Source: Mycobacterium leprae TN (GTDB lineage: Bacteria > Actinomycetota > Actinomycetes > Mycobacteriales > Mycobacteriaceae). From it: DNA of 32,000 nucleotides. A program made the translations under genes and the position numbers. Where the stretch lies: assembly GCF_000195855.1 (NCBI RefSeq), contig NC_002677.1, forward strand, positions 2,100,001 through 2,132,000. Direction: 5' to 3'. Shown here one piece after another: positions 11,830 to 20,294 of this stretch; position 1 is the first letter of the stretch; each line of letters opens with the position of its first letter. The notes under the pieces are model-generated. The model saw only the letters and a list, made by a program, of their open reading frames with translations. It had not been told where the DNA came from and did not search any database.

Positions 11830-13170
11830 GGCCAGCTCATTGCGGAACAGCATTACCGCCAGCTGCTCGACCATTCTCCCGACATGATCCTAGTACACAA
11901 AGACAGCCGGTTCGTGTATGTAAACCCGGCCGGGGTTAGGTGGCTAGGCAAGACCTCGTAAGAGCAATTCGTCGGCCGTCGGGCCACCGAAGTCGTAAAT
12001 CCCACCGAGACACAAAAGGGCTTGGCACGCATCATCTCGTTGCGTCACGTCGGGGGATACTTCCGACCCAGCTCCGGAGGCCTTGCTGAGCTTGGGTGGC
12101 ACCACGATGGACGTCGAGGTGGTGTGCAATGCTCAACTTCTATTTGTATTTGGCCATCATGCGTGACCTGAGCACTCTAGAAAGCTGCCGAAAAGACGCT
12201 GCATTATCAGGCAGGTAGCCCTGGTAAGCCACACCAGTGATGCGACTGTCGCCGGTATTGTCAACCCAGTTGGCATCCGGCAACCTAAATGATTTACTGC
12301 CGACTAAGCCGCCATGGCGTTGGGGCTTCCAATTCCAGTAGAGCAAGTACGGTCGGTGCATTTGTTGGATCCGGCAGTCATTGTCACCAGTGAAAATGTG
12401 TTCCGTGCCGCACAGCACACCTCAGACAGCACTGTTCTGTCAGTGCAGGTAGGTCAGCTCAGCCGCAATGGATAGTAGATTGTTCTAGAATGCGCCGATC
12501 AAACGCCCCTGCTGCAGGCTGAGTAGCACTTCCAAACCGTCGTCGCTTCACTTGCGGAGAGTGTGTTTGTATTTAGACAGTGATGGACGCGTTAAAGCGA
12601 TGAACGCAGCTGCACTACAAATTCTGAACGTCGATTCCAGTGACTAGGTTTACGATTTCGGGAGACGCGTTGTGATAGTTCTGATCTTCGATTCCGAAGG
12701 CCGAATACTCAACCCGGATCAACGAACCCTATTTGGGTTCCTGCAAGCGTAAGCCGTTCAGACCTGCAAAGCTCGCCCGGTGCTGCTCTCCTTGGCTTTC
12801 CTATGAGGCCGCTCACGATGGGCTGACCGGGACTACCCGATCACAGACATATACTTTTCATAGTACGTGTTTCCGACACCTTGATCTGGATAAATTCAAG
12901 ATCGCTTTAAGCCAAGAGGAGATGACGCAAGCAAGGTTGGATCAACTAGCCGAAAGGATCCTTGCTGCGCTGGCTAAACCTGTACGTATCGGAAGTGCTG
13001 AGGCGGTGGTAAGCGCCAGTAACGACATCCTCGTAATTACTGAAGATTACCCATGCAATTCTAGACAGATTATACACGACACCGAAGCAAGAATTCGGCA
13101 TGTTAAATCATACGAAGGAAATATGGCTCATTATTTTACACTATCAATATCCCTGCCAAATATGCACTAA
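11830..13170 (+). pseudogene. Multi-PAS GGDEF (diguanylate-cyclase-type) pseudogene, apparently truncated at its 3' side
   Basis: PAS 1 reads EQHYRQLLDHSPDMILVHKDSRFVYVNPAGVRWLGKTS*EQFVGRRATEVVNP with an in-frame TAA, then shifts frame to GGTTMDVEVV. PAS 2 remnants read ALVSHTSDATVAGIVNPVGI. The GGDEF-domain entry reads YEAAHDGLTG...FRHLDLDKFKIA (compare hD.LTGL...flDlD.FK.iND) and VSASNDILVITEDY...DTEARIRHVKSYEGN (ORF 12733..13170). The GGDEF signature itself is no longer recognisable. Confidence 0.6.
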
Positions 13171-13299
13171 ATATCGCGTTCTTATGATCAATTTTCACTT
13201 GATTTTTCCGAGCAAAATATGGGGTCATTACCAGGTTAACGGAGTGGCTCGTTCGTTACAGCTGCGGATATAGGTGGCGCCATTATATGCATTGCCAAC

Positions 13300-14400
13300 T
13301 TAGGGACAATGAAATAAAAAAGGGGGGTGTACCTTTTTAGTTCTAGCCGGCCAGTGTGCGGGTCTTGTCTTCCACTGCGCAATTGACACTCTATTAGTGG
13401 CACCGGGTTAGATATAGCGGTTGCGTTTGACCGGAGAGCGCCCATCGATGACACGCTGGGCCTTAGTGACCTGGTCATTGATGCCACCCAGCGTTTTTCG
13501 GGACCGATCGTGGCGGTATTGGTAGTGGAGTGACCCGGTCGGGGATTTTACGGGCTTTTTCTGAACTCGTCGGCGACCACCGCTGGGTAATGAACCAGCC
13601 CGTCGGGGACCGCCTCTCTGGGGTGTTTGTCACACACTATTAGCGCACCACGTCAGGCGGGTGCGGAACGCTAGCACCGAAGATATAGGACAACCCGGCA
13701 GCCTGTAGGACGACCTGGTTGGCTTCGGAGATCATGCCGGCGTCAGCCCACCACGGTCACGTCGGTCAGATTGCGAGCGGTCTTAAATGCATTGAGGACC
13801 GGCACCATCGTGGTGGTCTCGGTTCGGTTGCCCTCGAACGCCGCGACATTGAGCAAAACCCGGTAGCGTCAGTGAACGCCCCAGGGTGATCTACGGGTCC
13901 AACCGGCGTTCCTTCGAAAACCCAAGCTCGCAGAAACCATCCCCCACACCTTCTCGAAGTACAAGGTTGTCACGTCGTAGAGCACCAGACTGGCTGTACT
14001 CAACTTACGCATGAGCAGCTCACGGGGTCGAACGTTGCTGCCGGAATGCAGGTTTAGCGAAGACTGGTACTGGTAGGAGTCGATTCAGTGTCCAGTAGGC
14101 CGCCGAATCAACTCCTGTCTCCTTGAACACACATAGTGTATCGACCTTGTTCGTCGGTTCGATGACGTGTACCGTATACCATGGCGCGAACTACCTCATA
14201 GCCGCCAGCGGCGGCATCGAAACCCAGCACCTCGTAGTCTTGACACAACGCCTTCCACAGGTGCGCTGGCCTGGACACCATGATCTCCAACGGGGCGCCG
14301 GACGACTCGGGACGATCCAGGCTTTGCTGACTGGCAGCCAGACATTACATTACATTGATTCGCCACAGTCTTGAGCACCTCCAACTCCACTTCTTCGTGC
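13300..14400 (-). mobile_element. IS1634/IS4-type DDE transposase pseudogene
   Basis: Minus-strand reading across several frames gives PAHLWKALCQDYEVLGFD, GDGFCELGFSKERRLDP*ITLG, FEGNRTETTTMVPVLNAFKTARNLTDVTVVG* and then ADAGMISEANQVVLQAAGLSYI. The last junction is a 1-nt frame slip at about 13745. Further on it reads YQYRHDRSRKTLGGINDQVTKAQRVIDGRSPVKRNRYI*. No terminal inverted repeats were identified. Confidence 0.6.
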
Positions 14401-14639
14401 GCAGAACCCAGGTGCCCGCTCTTGCGTGAACCCCACCGTGGGAACCAAACAGCCTACGCAGCCGTAGCCCCCGAAGCCATCTTCACGGTGCGTCCATAAG
14501 CCACCACCGCACTCCTAAAAACCTTCAATTAGTAGCCCAGATTCCGTCCCGCCAACGACGAAAACACCAATTCAAAAGCCTGCAGACAACCGATCACCGA
14601 AGAATGGCCAAAGTCAGGTCTGATGTGTTCGCTAGTGTT

Positions 14640-14935
14640 GTGTGTTGGTGATTGTTTTAACGTTTGATTTTGTTGAGGGGGTGTCTGCGGTCTGGGTTCA
14701 GGTGAACGGTGTGGTGTGTTCGTTGTAGGTGGGGATCGCGGTTTCGAGGTTGTTGATATCGGTGAACGTGTTGTGGCGGGTGATGGTGGTGAAGAAGATT
14801 TTGGTTATGTGTCAGCTATGAGCAGCTTGTCGGTGTGAAGTGCAGTGTGGCTTGCTGGTTATCCTGTAGCCAGGATCGGCTGCTGGGGGTTTGTGGGTTG
14901 GCGTAGTTGTCGCAGATTGGGGAATTGCACAAAAC
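14640..14935 (-). mobile_element. IS630-family transposase remnant (C-terminal about 100 codons only)
   Basis: The minus strand reads CDNYANPQTPSSRSWLQDNQQATLHFTPTSCS* (compare DNy..H....v..Wl...p.i.lHFTPTsaSWlN). After a frame change it reads ITKIFFTTITRHNTFTDINNLETAIPTYNEHTTPFT*TQTAD (compare PF.WtKtaD). There is no room for the N-terminal part before the neighbouring gene at 15121. Confidence 0.5.
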
Positions 14936-14978
14936 CGTGGTCAAATACTGGCAGATCGACTAGATCCGTCCAGCGTTC

Positions 14979-14990
14979 ATATATATATAT
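14979..14990. repeat. (AT)6 dinucleotide microsatellite
   Basis: Read directly: ATATATATATAT at 14979-14990 in non-coding sequence. Confidence 0.9.
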
Positions 14991-15120
14991 GAAACTGCCA
15001 CCAATTCTCAACCTCACAATCCCACCCTAATGCAATCGACGATAACGGTCAGGCAGAAACTACCAAAATTCTTGATCAGCGCTTACAAACCCAAGCAAGT
15101 TTGGGGTCGGCGTTCGGGTT

Positions 15121-16992
15121 TTACGATCGGTGTATCTGGTGTTCGCTCGGCTCCGGGCTTTGACATGTGCCAAGCGCCATGGGTATCACACCTTTTGCCA
15201 GCAGAGATTCCATCGCCGCACCGTCGACGGGACGTGAGAGCAGAAAGCCCTGCGCACGGTTGCACCCTAACTCCAGCAGCACCTGCGCTGCAACGGCAGT
15301 CTCGACGCCTTCAGCGACGACTTCGAGTTCAAATTCCTTGGCTAGCGCCATGATCGCCCGCACGATCGCTAGATCACTTGCGTTGCTGCCCAGTTCGGCC
15401 ACGAAGCTCTTATCGATTTTGATGGTGTCCACCGGCAGGGATTTCAAATGGGTCAACACGCTGTAACCGGTACCGAAGTCGTCGATAGCCAGGTGCACTC
15501 CGACCTCCTTGAGTCCGGCAAGTGTCTTGCGAGTGGCATCGATGTTTTGGACCACAACATTCTCTGTGATCTCCAGACACACCATGCTGCCGTCGAGACC
15601 GAACTCGTCGAGAGTGCCAGCCACGTTGTCAACGAAACCTTCAGCAACCAACTGTACTGGCGAGACATTAATGCGCAACAGCGCATCAAGTCCCACGCCG
15701 GCTGAGCGCCATCGACTGAATTCCGCACATGCCGAGTGCATCACCATCCGGCCCAGCTTGCCTGCTAGATTAATCGATTCCGCCACTGGGATAAATGAAT
15801 CGGGAAATAGCAACCCCCGTGTCGGGTGCTGCCAGCGCACCAAGGCCTCGGTGCCCAAGACTTTGCCGGTACTCATGTCTACCTCAGGAAGGTAGTGCAG
15901 CACCAGGTCAGTATCGATCATCCCTGCTAAGTGCAGTTCAACCTCAGTTCTCAGCGTATGCTGTGCGCTGATCCCGTGGTCAAGAACCACGACCTTGCTG
16001 CCGTCGCTTTTCGCCGACAGCGCCGCGTGATCAGCCCAACGTAGCAGATCCGACGTGGTATCCCGTCCCGGAAGACCGGTGGCAACACCAATGCTGACGG
16101 TGCGGGTGAGTATTTCGCCGTCGATCACCACTTGCTTTTGAAGCCGCGTCTGCAAGCGATGGGCAAACGACTCTGCAACATCAACCGACACCGACTCAGC
16201 GGGCACTACGACAAACTCGTCTCCGCCGAAACGGGCAATAACCGTTAGGCTTTCAGCAGCCTCGCGCAGCCTATCGGCGAAGACCTCGATCAGCCGGTCG
16301 CCGGCATTGTGACCCAGGTAATCGTTGACCGCTTTGAGCCGATCGAGGCCAAGGAACAGCAACGTCACCGGGCCGCGCTGACCGTCGGCCAGCCTCTCAT
16401 CGAGGTGCGCGATCAGGGCTCGGCGATTCAGCAGCCCTGTGAGATCATCGTGTTCGGCCAGGTAACGCAATTGTTCTTCGGCAACGATGCGGGCCTGCAG
16501 CTGGGCGAAAAGAGTTGCGATCGCCTGCAGCGCGCGCAACTCATCGTCGTGCCATTCCCGGTCGCCGTACTTAACGAATCCGAGGACACCGGTGGTGATT
16601 TCTCCGGACAGCAACGGAACACACGCCAGGGAAACAGCCGGCACAGAGGCGCCCTCCTCGATGCGACGCTGATAGTCGGCATTGGCCGGCTCGGGCCGCA
16701 AAACCGCCGGTTCTTTGAGATACTCGGCCATAGCAAAAACCGGGTCGGCGTCGGCGAAATACACCACACCGATCGGGTCAGGATCAGGCACGTAGTCACG
16801 CGGCGGCCATTCCACGATCAGCTTGGTCGCGTGAATATCGTGGTTATTGTGACGAAGAAAACTCACATCGACGCCGAAGTGCTCCACCAGGATAGCCAGC
16901 ACCCCTTCGCTGATCGTGACCGCGGTGGCCGCTGTTGCAGCCATTAACTTCGAGGCCACCCTAGTGACGAGTTCGTCCAGGGACCGGGTCAT
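15121..16992 (-). CDS. GAF-GGDEF-EAL bifunctional c-di-GMP synthase/phosphodiesterase (Rv1354c-like, 623 aa)
   Basis: Intact 623-aa ORF with ATG at 16992, 17 nt after the upstream gene's TAA. It has a GAF-like N-terminus. GGDEF domain: EHDDLTGLLNRRA...GHNAGDRLI...ARFGGDEFVVV. The EAL domain carries every canonical block: GTEALVRW, RINVS, LEITEN, AIDDFGTGYS, KIDKSFV, VAEGVET, QGFLLSRP. Confidence 0.95.
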   Translation of the reverse strand: MTRSLDELVTRVASKLMAATAATAVTISEGVLAILVEHFGVDVSFLRHNNHDIHATKLIVEWPPRDYVPDPDPIGVVYFADADPVFAMAEYLKEPAVLRPEPANADYQRRIEEGASVPAVSLACVPLLSGEITTGVLGFVKYGDREWHDDELRALQAIATLFAQLQARIVAEEQLRYLAEHDDLTGLLNRRALIAHLDERLADGQRGPVTLLFLGLDRLKAVNDYLGHNAGDRLIEVFADRLREAAESLTVIARFGGDEFVVVPAESVSVDVAESFAHRLQTRLQKQVVIDGEILTRTVSIGVATGLPGRDTTSDLLRWADHAALSAKSDGSKVVVLDHGISAQHTLRTEVELHLAGMIDTDLVLHYLPEVDMSTGKVLGTEALVRWQHPTRGLLFPDSFIPVAESINLAGKLGRMVMHSACAEFSRWRSAGVGLDALLRINVSPVQLVAEGFVDNVAGTLDEFGLDGSMVCLEITENVVVQNIDATRKTLAGLKEVGVHLAIDDFGTGYSVLTHLKSLPVDTIKIDKSFVAELGSNASDLAIVRAIMALAKEFELEVVAEGVETAVAAQVLLELGCNRAQGFLLSRPVDGAAMESLLAKGVIPMALGTCQSPEPSEHQIHRS

Positions 16993-17009
16993 GGTCTTAC
17001 CATAACCGC

Positions 17010-19175
17010 TTAGCCCGACAGCAACCGGATGCGTTCAAAACTTCGGCGGCTCCGCACCGACGCAGGCCCCGCGACAGTCAATCGCAACACCAACACGAGG
17101 GAGTTATCGGCCGGGATACGCGCCAGACTGCGGAAGTCTTTGCCCAGTTGACCCAATTCATCGGCGAACTGTGCAGATAATGCGTGTAGCTCGTCGACAC
17201 TGTGAGCGTAGAGGAACACGGGCGAAATCGGCTGTACTGCGAACCCATACCGCTGCGCAGCGACCCATATCGCCTCGACAGCCGATCCACCACGAGCGTA
17301 GTCCGCCAACGCGTGCCCGGGCACCGAGATCACGGCAAGCGCCGAACTGGCCACCACACGATCATGGGTGTCTTGACCCAGCGCGGCGCCGACGTTCCAC
17401 TGCGCAAGGAGTTCCATAACGTCCGTACGACGAAGCACGTCGAACGCAGCCAACTGATGCCAATCCATTTCGAGGCTACGCACATCAATACCAGTGTCTG
17501 GAAACGAATCTCCCGGCCAACGCAGCTCCGAGATCATCTCCTCGTGAAGCCGTGGCGTAAGATACCTCGACCGGTCGGCAGCAGCCAGAATGGTTGCAGC
17601 TCGGACGATGTCATCTCGCGCAGTTAGCAGGTGCAGCCGTGCACCTTCGGCCACCGCGGCCGCGTGCAACACATCAATCGTCTCGGTCAGAACCATTGTT
17701 GGCTTGCCATGATTGCGATTAGTTTCGCGGACCAGCATCGGCTCATAAACTGCTGCTAAGTCGGGGTTCCACCCATCACCTAAACTTAAGGTGACCCGCA
17801 GCGGCGCACCGTCAACATTTTCAGCCAGGCTTACCGGCCCGAGCACACCATGGGCAGCAGCCGCAACCCTAGCGTTGAACAACGCTGCACCCACCGCAAC
17901 GGCGCTGCCGCGGAAGCCGACGTCGAGGCTGTCAGTATGTTCTGGAGCAATTCGAATCACCAAGGCATCAGGCCCGGCGTCGATGTGCCAGGGCTGTAGG
18001 TTTCCACCCGACGGTGCGCGGATCGCAGCAGTGGCAATAACCCCCTCAATACCGGACAGTGCGAGTTCTGAACACTGCGTCGGATTCGCGGGACGATGTC
18101 GGGCCATGTCCGGCTCGGTGAGCTGATTGAGCGCCGAGGCGACGTCAATACGCGCTCGCCCCGAGCGCAACTCCTCCCCGAGACCGATTCGGCGTACCGC
18201 CTCGGCCACCGCAGTAGCTCCCAGCGCCACGTCCCCTGCCAACTGGGGCCAGGTCGACAGCGAGCGATCGATCTCGACCAACGTCGTCGCAGTGCGCGGC
18301 GACAACCGTTCGGCCTCCAGAAAGCGCAAAATATACGGAATTTTCTCGCGGTTGCTCATCTCTGGAAGCAACCGGATATCAAGCTCACCTAGCAGACCGT
18401 GCAGAATCGAACGCCGCGGCTCCAAGTCGAACCGCTCAACATCAATCAGGCCGCGGTCACTGGTCGCCATCAGTACCGGAATACCGTGGCTGCGGGCTCC
18501 CTCTCGCAGGAGAGCCTTTATGTCCAGCGAATCGCACTGCTCCACCACGACATCGAGGCCCTCCAAGAACTGATCAACGGTGTCGAACGTCAAACCATTG
18601 TCAAACACTCGCACTGTCAGATACGGGTCCAGTTCAGCGATGCGGCGCGCAGCTACCTCAGCCTTATTGAGCCCAAGATCGAACACCGTGGCAGGAACTC
18701 GGTTGAGGTTGGATAGTTCGAGGCGATCGAAATCGGCCAAGCGCAGTTGTCCGCACAGGCCCTGGGCGGCCAACGTGTGGGCGATCACATGTCCCACACT
18801 TAGCCCAGCGACGCCGATGTGTAGTCTGCCCAACGCAACTTGCTCCTCGGCGGTGATCTCGTTGCGGTTGCGGTCCAACCGTACCGCCCGAAACCCGCGC
18901 GGACCCAGCATCGATACGACCACATGCCGCCATGGGTAGTACACCCACCTACACGGTTCGGCGATCAACTGCGGATCGGGCGTGGGCAGCAAGCTAAGCA
19001 ATTCCTGCAGCTGTCGCTCATGATGGTCGACAAAGTCAACCTTGGAATCAGCCCGCAGCCGCTGCAGCACCGCAGCATCAGCGGGGTCGTCAAGGGCCAG
19101 AACCCGAGCGTACGGGCTCACATCACGCTCATCACTCACCCTTGCGGCTCCCCTTGGGTTGCACCCATACGCCAA
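17010..19175 (-). CDS. moeY: ThiF/MoeB (E1-like adenylyltransferase) domain fused to an Acg-type nitroreductase-like domain (MoeY/Rv1355c-like)
   Basis: Intact 721-aa ORF from a TTG start. A GTG at 19139 preceded by AAGGGGAG is an alternative start. ThiF block: IGVAGLSVGHVIAHTLAAQGLCGQLRLADFDRLELSNLNRV...VVVEQCDSLDIKALL. C-terminal half: AAIRAPSGGNLQPWH, ETNRNHG and LTPRLHEEMISELRWPG, as in the Acg/Rv2032-type tandem nitroreductase fold. Confidence 0.9.
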   Translation of the reverse strand: MAYGCNPRGAARVSDERDVSPYARVLALDDPADAAVLQRLRADSKVDFVDHHERQLQELLSLLPTPDPQLIAEPCRWVYYPWRHVVVSMLGPRGFRAVRLDRNRNEITAEEQVALGRLHIGVAGLSVGHVIAHTLAAQGLCGQLRLADFDRLELSNLNRVPATVFDLGLNKAEVAARRIAELDPYLTVRVFDNGLTFDTVDQFLEGLDVVVEQCDSLDIKALLREGARSHGIPVLMATSDRGLIDVERFDLEPRRSILHGLLGELDIRLLPEMSNREKIPYILRFLEAERLSPRTATTLVEIDRSLSTWPQLAGDVALGATAVAEAVRRIGLGEELRSGRARIDVASALNQLTEPDMARHRPANPTQCSELALSGIEGVIATAAIRAPSGGNLQPWHIDAGPDALVIRIAPEHTDSLDVGFRGSAVAVGAALFNARVAAAAHGVLGPVSLAENVDGAPLRVTLSLGDGWNPDLAAVYEPMLVRETNRNHGKPTMVLTETIDVLHAAAVAEGARLHLLTARDDIVRAATILAAADRSRYLTPRLHEEMISELRWPGDSFPDTGIDVRSLEMDWHQLAAFDVLRRTDVMELLAQWNVGAALGQDTHDRVVASSALAVISVPGHALADYARGGSAVEAIWVAAQRYGFAVQPISPVFLYAHSVDELHALSAQFADELGQLGKDFRSLARIPADNSLVLVLRLTVAGPASVRSRRSFERIRLLSG

Positions 19176-19466
19176 GCCGACGTAGCCGGGTGCCAGTTTC
19201 GATCATCTGGCCTCCAATCGACGGCTCAGCTGGAAGGTTGCAGGTCCAAATCGAGCCGTCGACAACCACAGTAAACGTTGCCACCAGCGGGAAATTATCG
19301 GCCAGCAAGTGCACTGCAGCTCGCCGAATATAACGTAGCTAGCCCCAGAGTAGCCTCCGAGCCCGAGCCCGCAAAACGCCCCCCGATGTACACTCCGGGA
19401 CCGGCGGCGAGTTGCTGTGCAGGTTGATCACTGGCCGGCTTCGGCGGTCGCTGTGCAGATTCCACT

Positions 19467-20174
19467 CTATGTGTTCGTGTCGCGCAACAGCTCGCGCGTC
19501 TCAGCAAGCATTATTGATAGTTGTTGCGGTTCAGCATGGTTAGCTAAGGTACGGCGGTCCCACCAAATCATCTTGGTTCGGTAACGTTCATCCGGGTATG
19601 CAGCCACCGGGATTTTCGCTGCTACTACTCCCCCCGATGAACGCCACCGGTCCAGCACATGGGCTGCCGCGGTCGCCATAATGAACTGCACCCCTAACAA
19701 AGCCATGACTGTAAACGCGGGGCGCGCTAAGGCCTTGGCAATTAAACCACTCTGATGGGAGTCGCTGTCAGCCCATGCGGTCTTTACTTCCACGACCCCA
19801 AACGGCACGCGATCATTGATCATCTTGCGCACTGCGGTCAGTCCGGGATTACCTGCCCACTCAACCACGGCATGCGAATCCTCAGCTGACCCCAGCGGAC
19901 CAATCACGCGCATTCCCCCAACCACCTGTCTTTGCATGTTTACCGCAGCGAAAAATAGCCGTGTGTCATCACCCGCGTCGGGGTCTAGAGTACACTCGAC
20001 TCCATGTTTGCTGTAGGTACGAAACGCACCGTCAAGATATTCATTCCATAACTTAGGATCAAGGGTGGGCTGCGATACCACAAGCTGACATTGTGCATCG
20101 GAAGCCCAGACACTAAGGTTTTCCCGAAGGCACAACCCTTGCGGTACAACAGGATCCAATTGGGCGGTGACCAT
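19467..20174 (-). CDS. Conserved hypothetical protein (Rv1356c-like by position); possible GNAT-like fold, function unknown
   Basis: Intact 235-aa ORF. ATG at 20174 is preceded by TTGGAGAATA (GGAG SD). Amino-acid composition is balanced. By eye there is only a weak resemblance to acyltransferase (GNAT/LuxI-like) layouts (VVGGMRVIGP...GVVEVKTAW...). No firm motif was found. Confidence 0.7.
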   Translation of the reverse strand: MVTAQLDPVVPQGLCLRENLSVWASDAQCQLVVSQPTLDPKLWNEYLDGAFRTYSKHGVECTLDPDAGDDTRLFFAAVNMQRQVVGGMRVIGPLGSAEDSHAVVEWAGNPGLTAVRKMINDRVPFGVVEVKTAWADSDSHQSGLIAKALARPAFTVMALLGVQFIMATAAAHVLDRWRSSGGVVAAKIPVAAYPDERYRTKMIWWDRRTLANHAEPQQLSIMLAETRELLRDTNT

Positions 20175-20235
20175 TATTCTCCAATCTGTATGAATATTAG
20201 GTAGTTATGCAAAACGTCATTGCATTTGCTATTAA

Positions 20236-20294
20236 TGGCAATAACTGGTAGAAAATTTCCTATCTTTGGCAATATCCAGCCAGTTTTTCTACAG
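20236..20294. promoter_or_regulatory. Candidate operator/promoter repeats upstream of the Rv1356c-like gene
   Basis: TGGCAATA occurs at 20236-20243 and 20267-20274. CTGGTAGAAAAT at 20245-20256 faces its near reverse complement GTTTTTCTACAG at 20283-20294. A third TGTAGAAAAT lies at 20417-20426. All are 60-250 nt upstream of the ATG at 20174, in 35% GC DNA. Confidence 0.2.

Noticed and set aside
13326-13348. A6G6 homopolymer pair forming AAAAAGG...CCTTTTT inverted repeat
   Set aside because: The stem is AT-rich with an 8-nt loop, lies inside the C-terminal relic of the IS1634-like transposase, and is not linked to any intact gene end. It is probably fortuitous. The homopolymers could be slippage-prone, but I have no evidence for that.
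15086-15106. Hairpin-like AAACCCAAGCAAGTTTGGGGT just downstream of the GGDEF-EAL stop as an intrinsic terminator
   Set aside because: Only about 5 bp of stem pair, and the T-tract on the transcribed strand is weak (TTTG). That is not convincing as a terminator.
16309-16947. 212-aa plus-strand ORF
   Set aside because: It is antisense to the GGDEF-EAL gene and has no motifs. The same applies to the plus-strand ORFs at 17202..17627, 18127..18573, 18580..18939 and 18840..19274 opposite the moeY-like gene.
15121-19175. CBASS-like reading (an E1-like protein beside a cyclic-dinucleotide synthase)
   Set aside because: The cyclase is a GGDEF enzyme, not a CD-NTase. There is no E2 or JAB domain and no effector gene. 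The GGDEF-EAL C-terminus is not Gly-terminated. The genes are conserved chromosomal orthologues, not a defence island.
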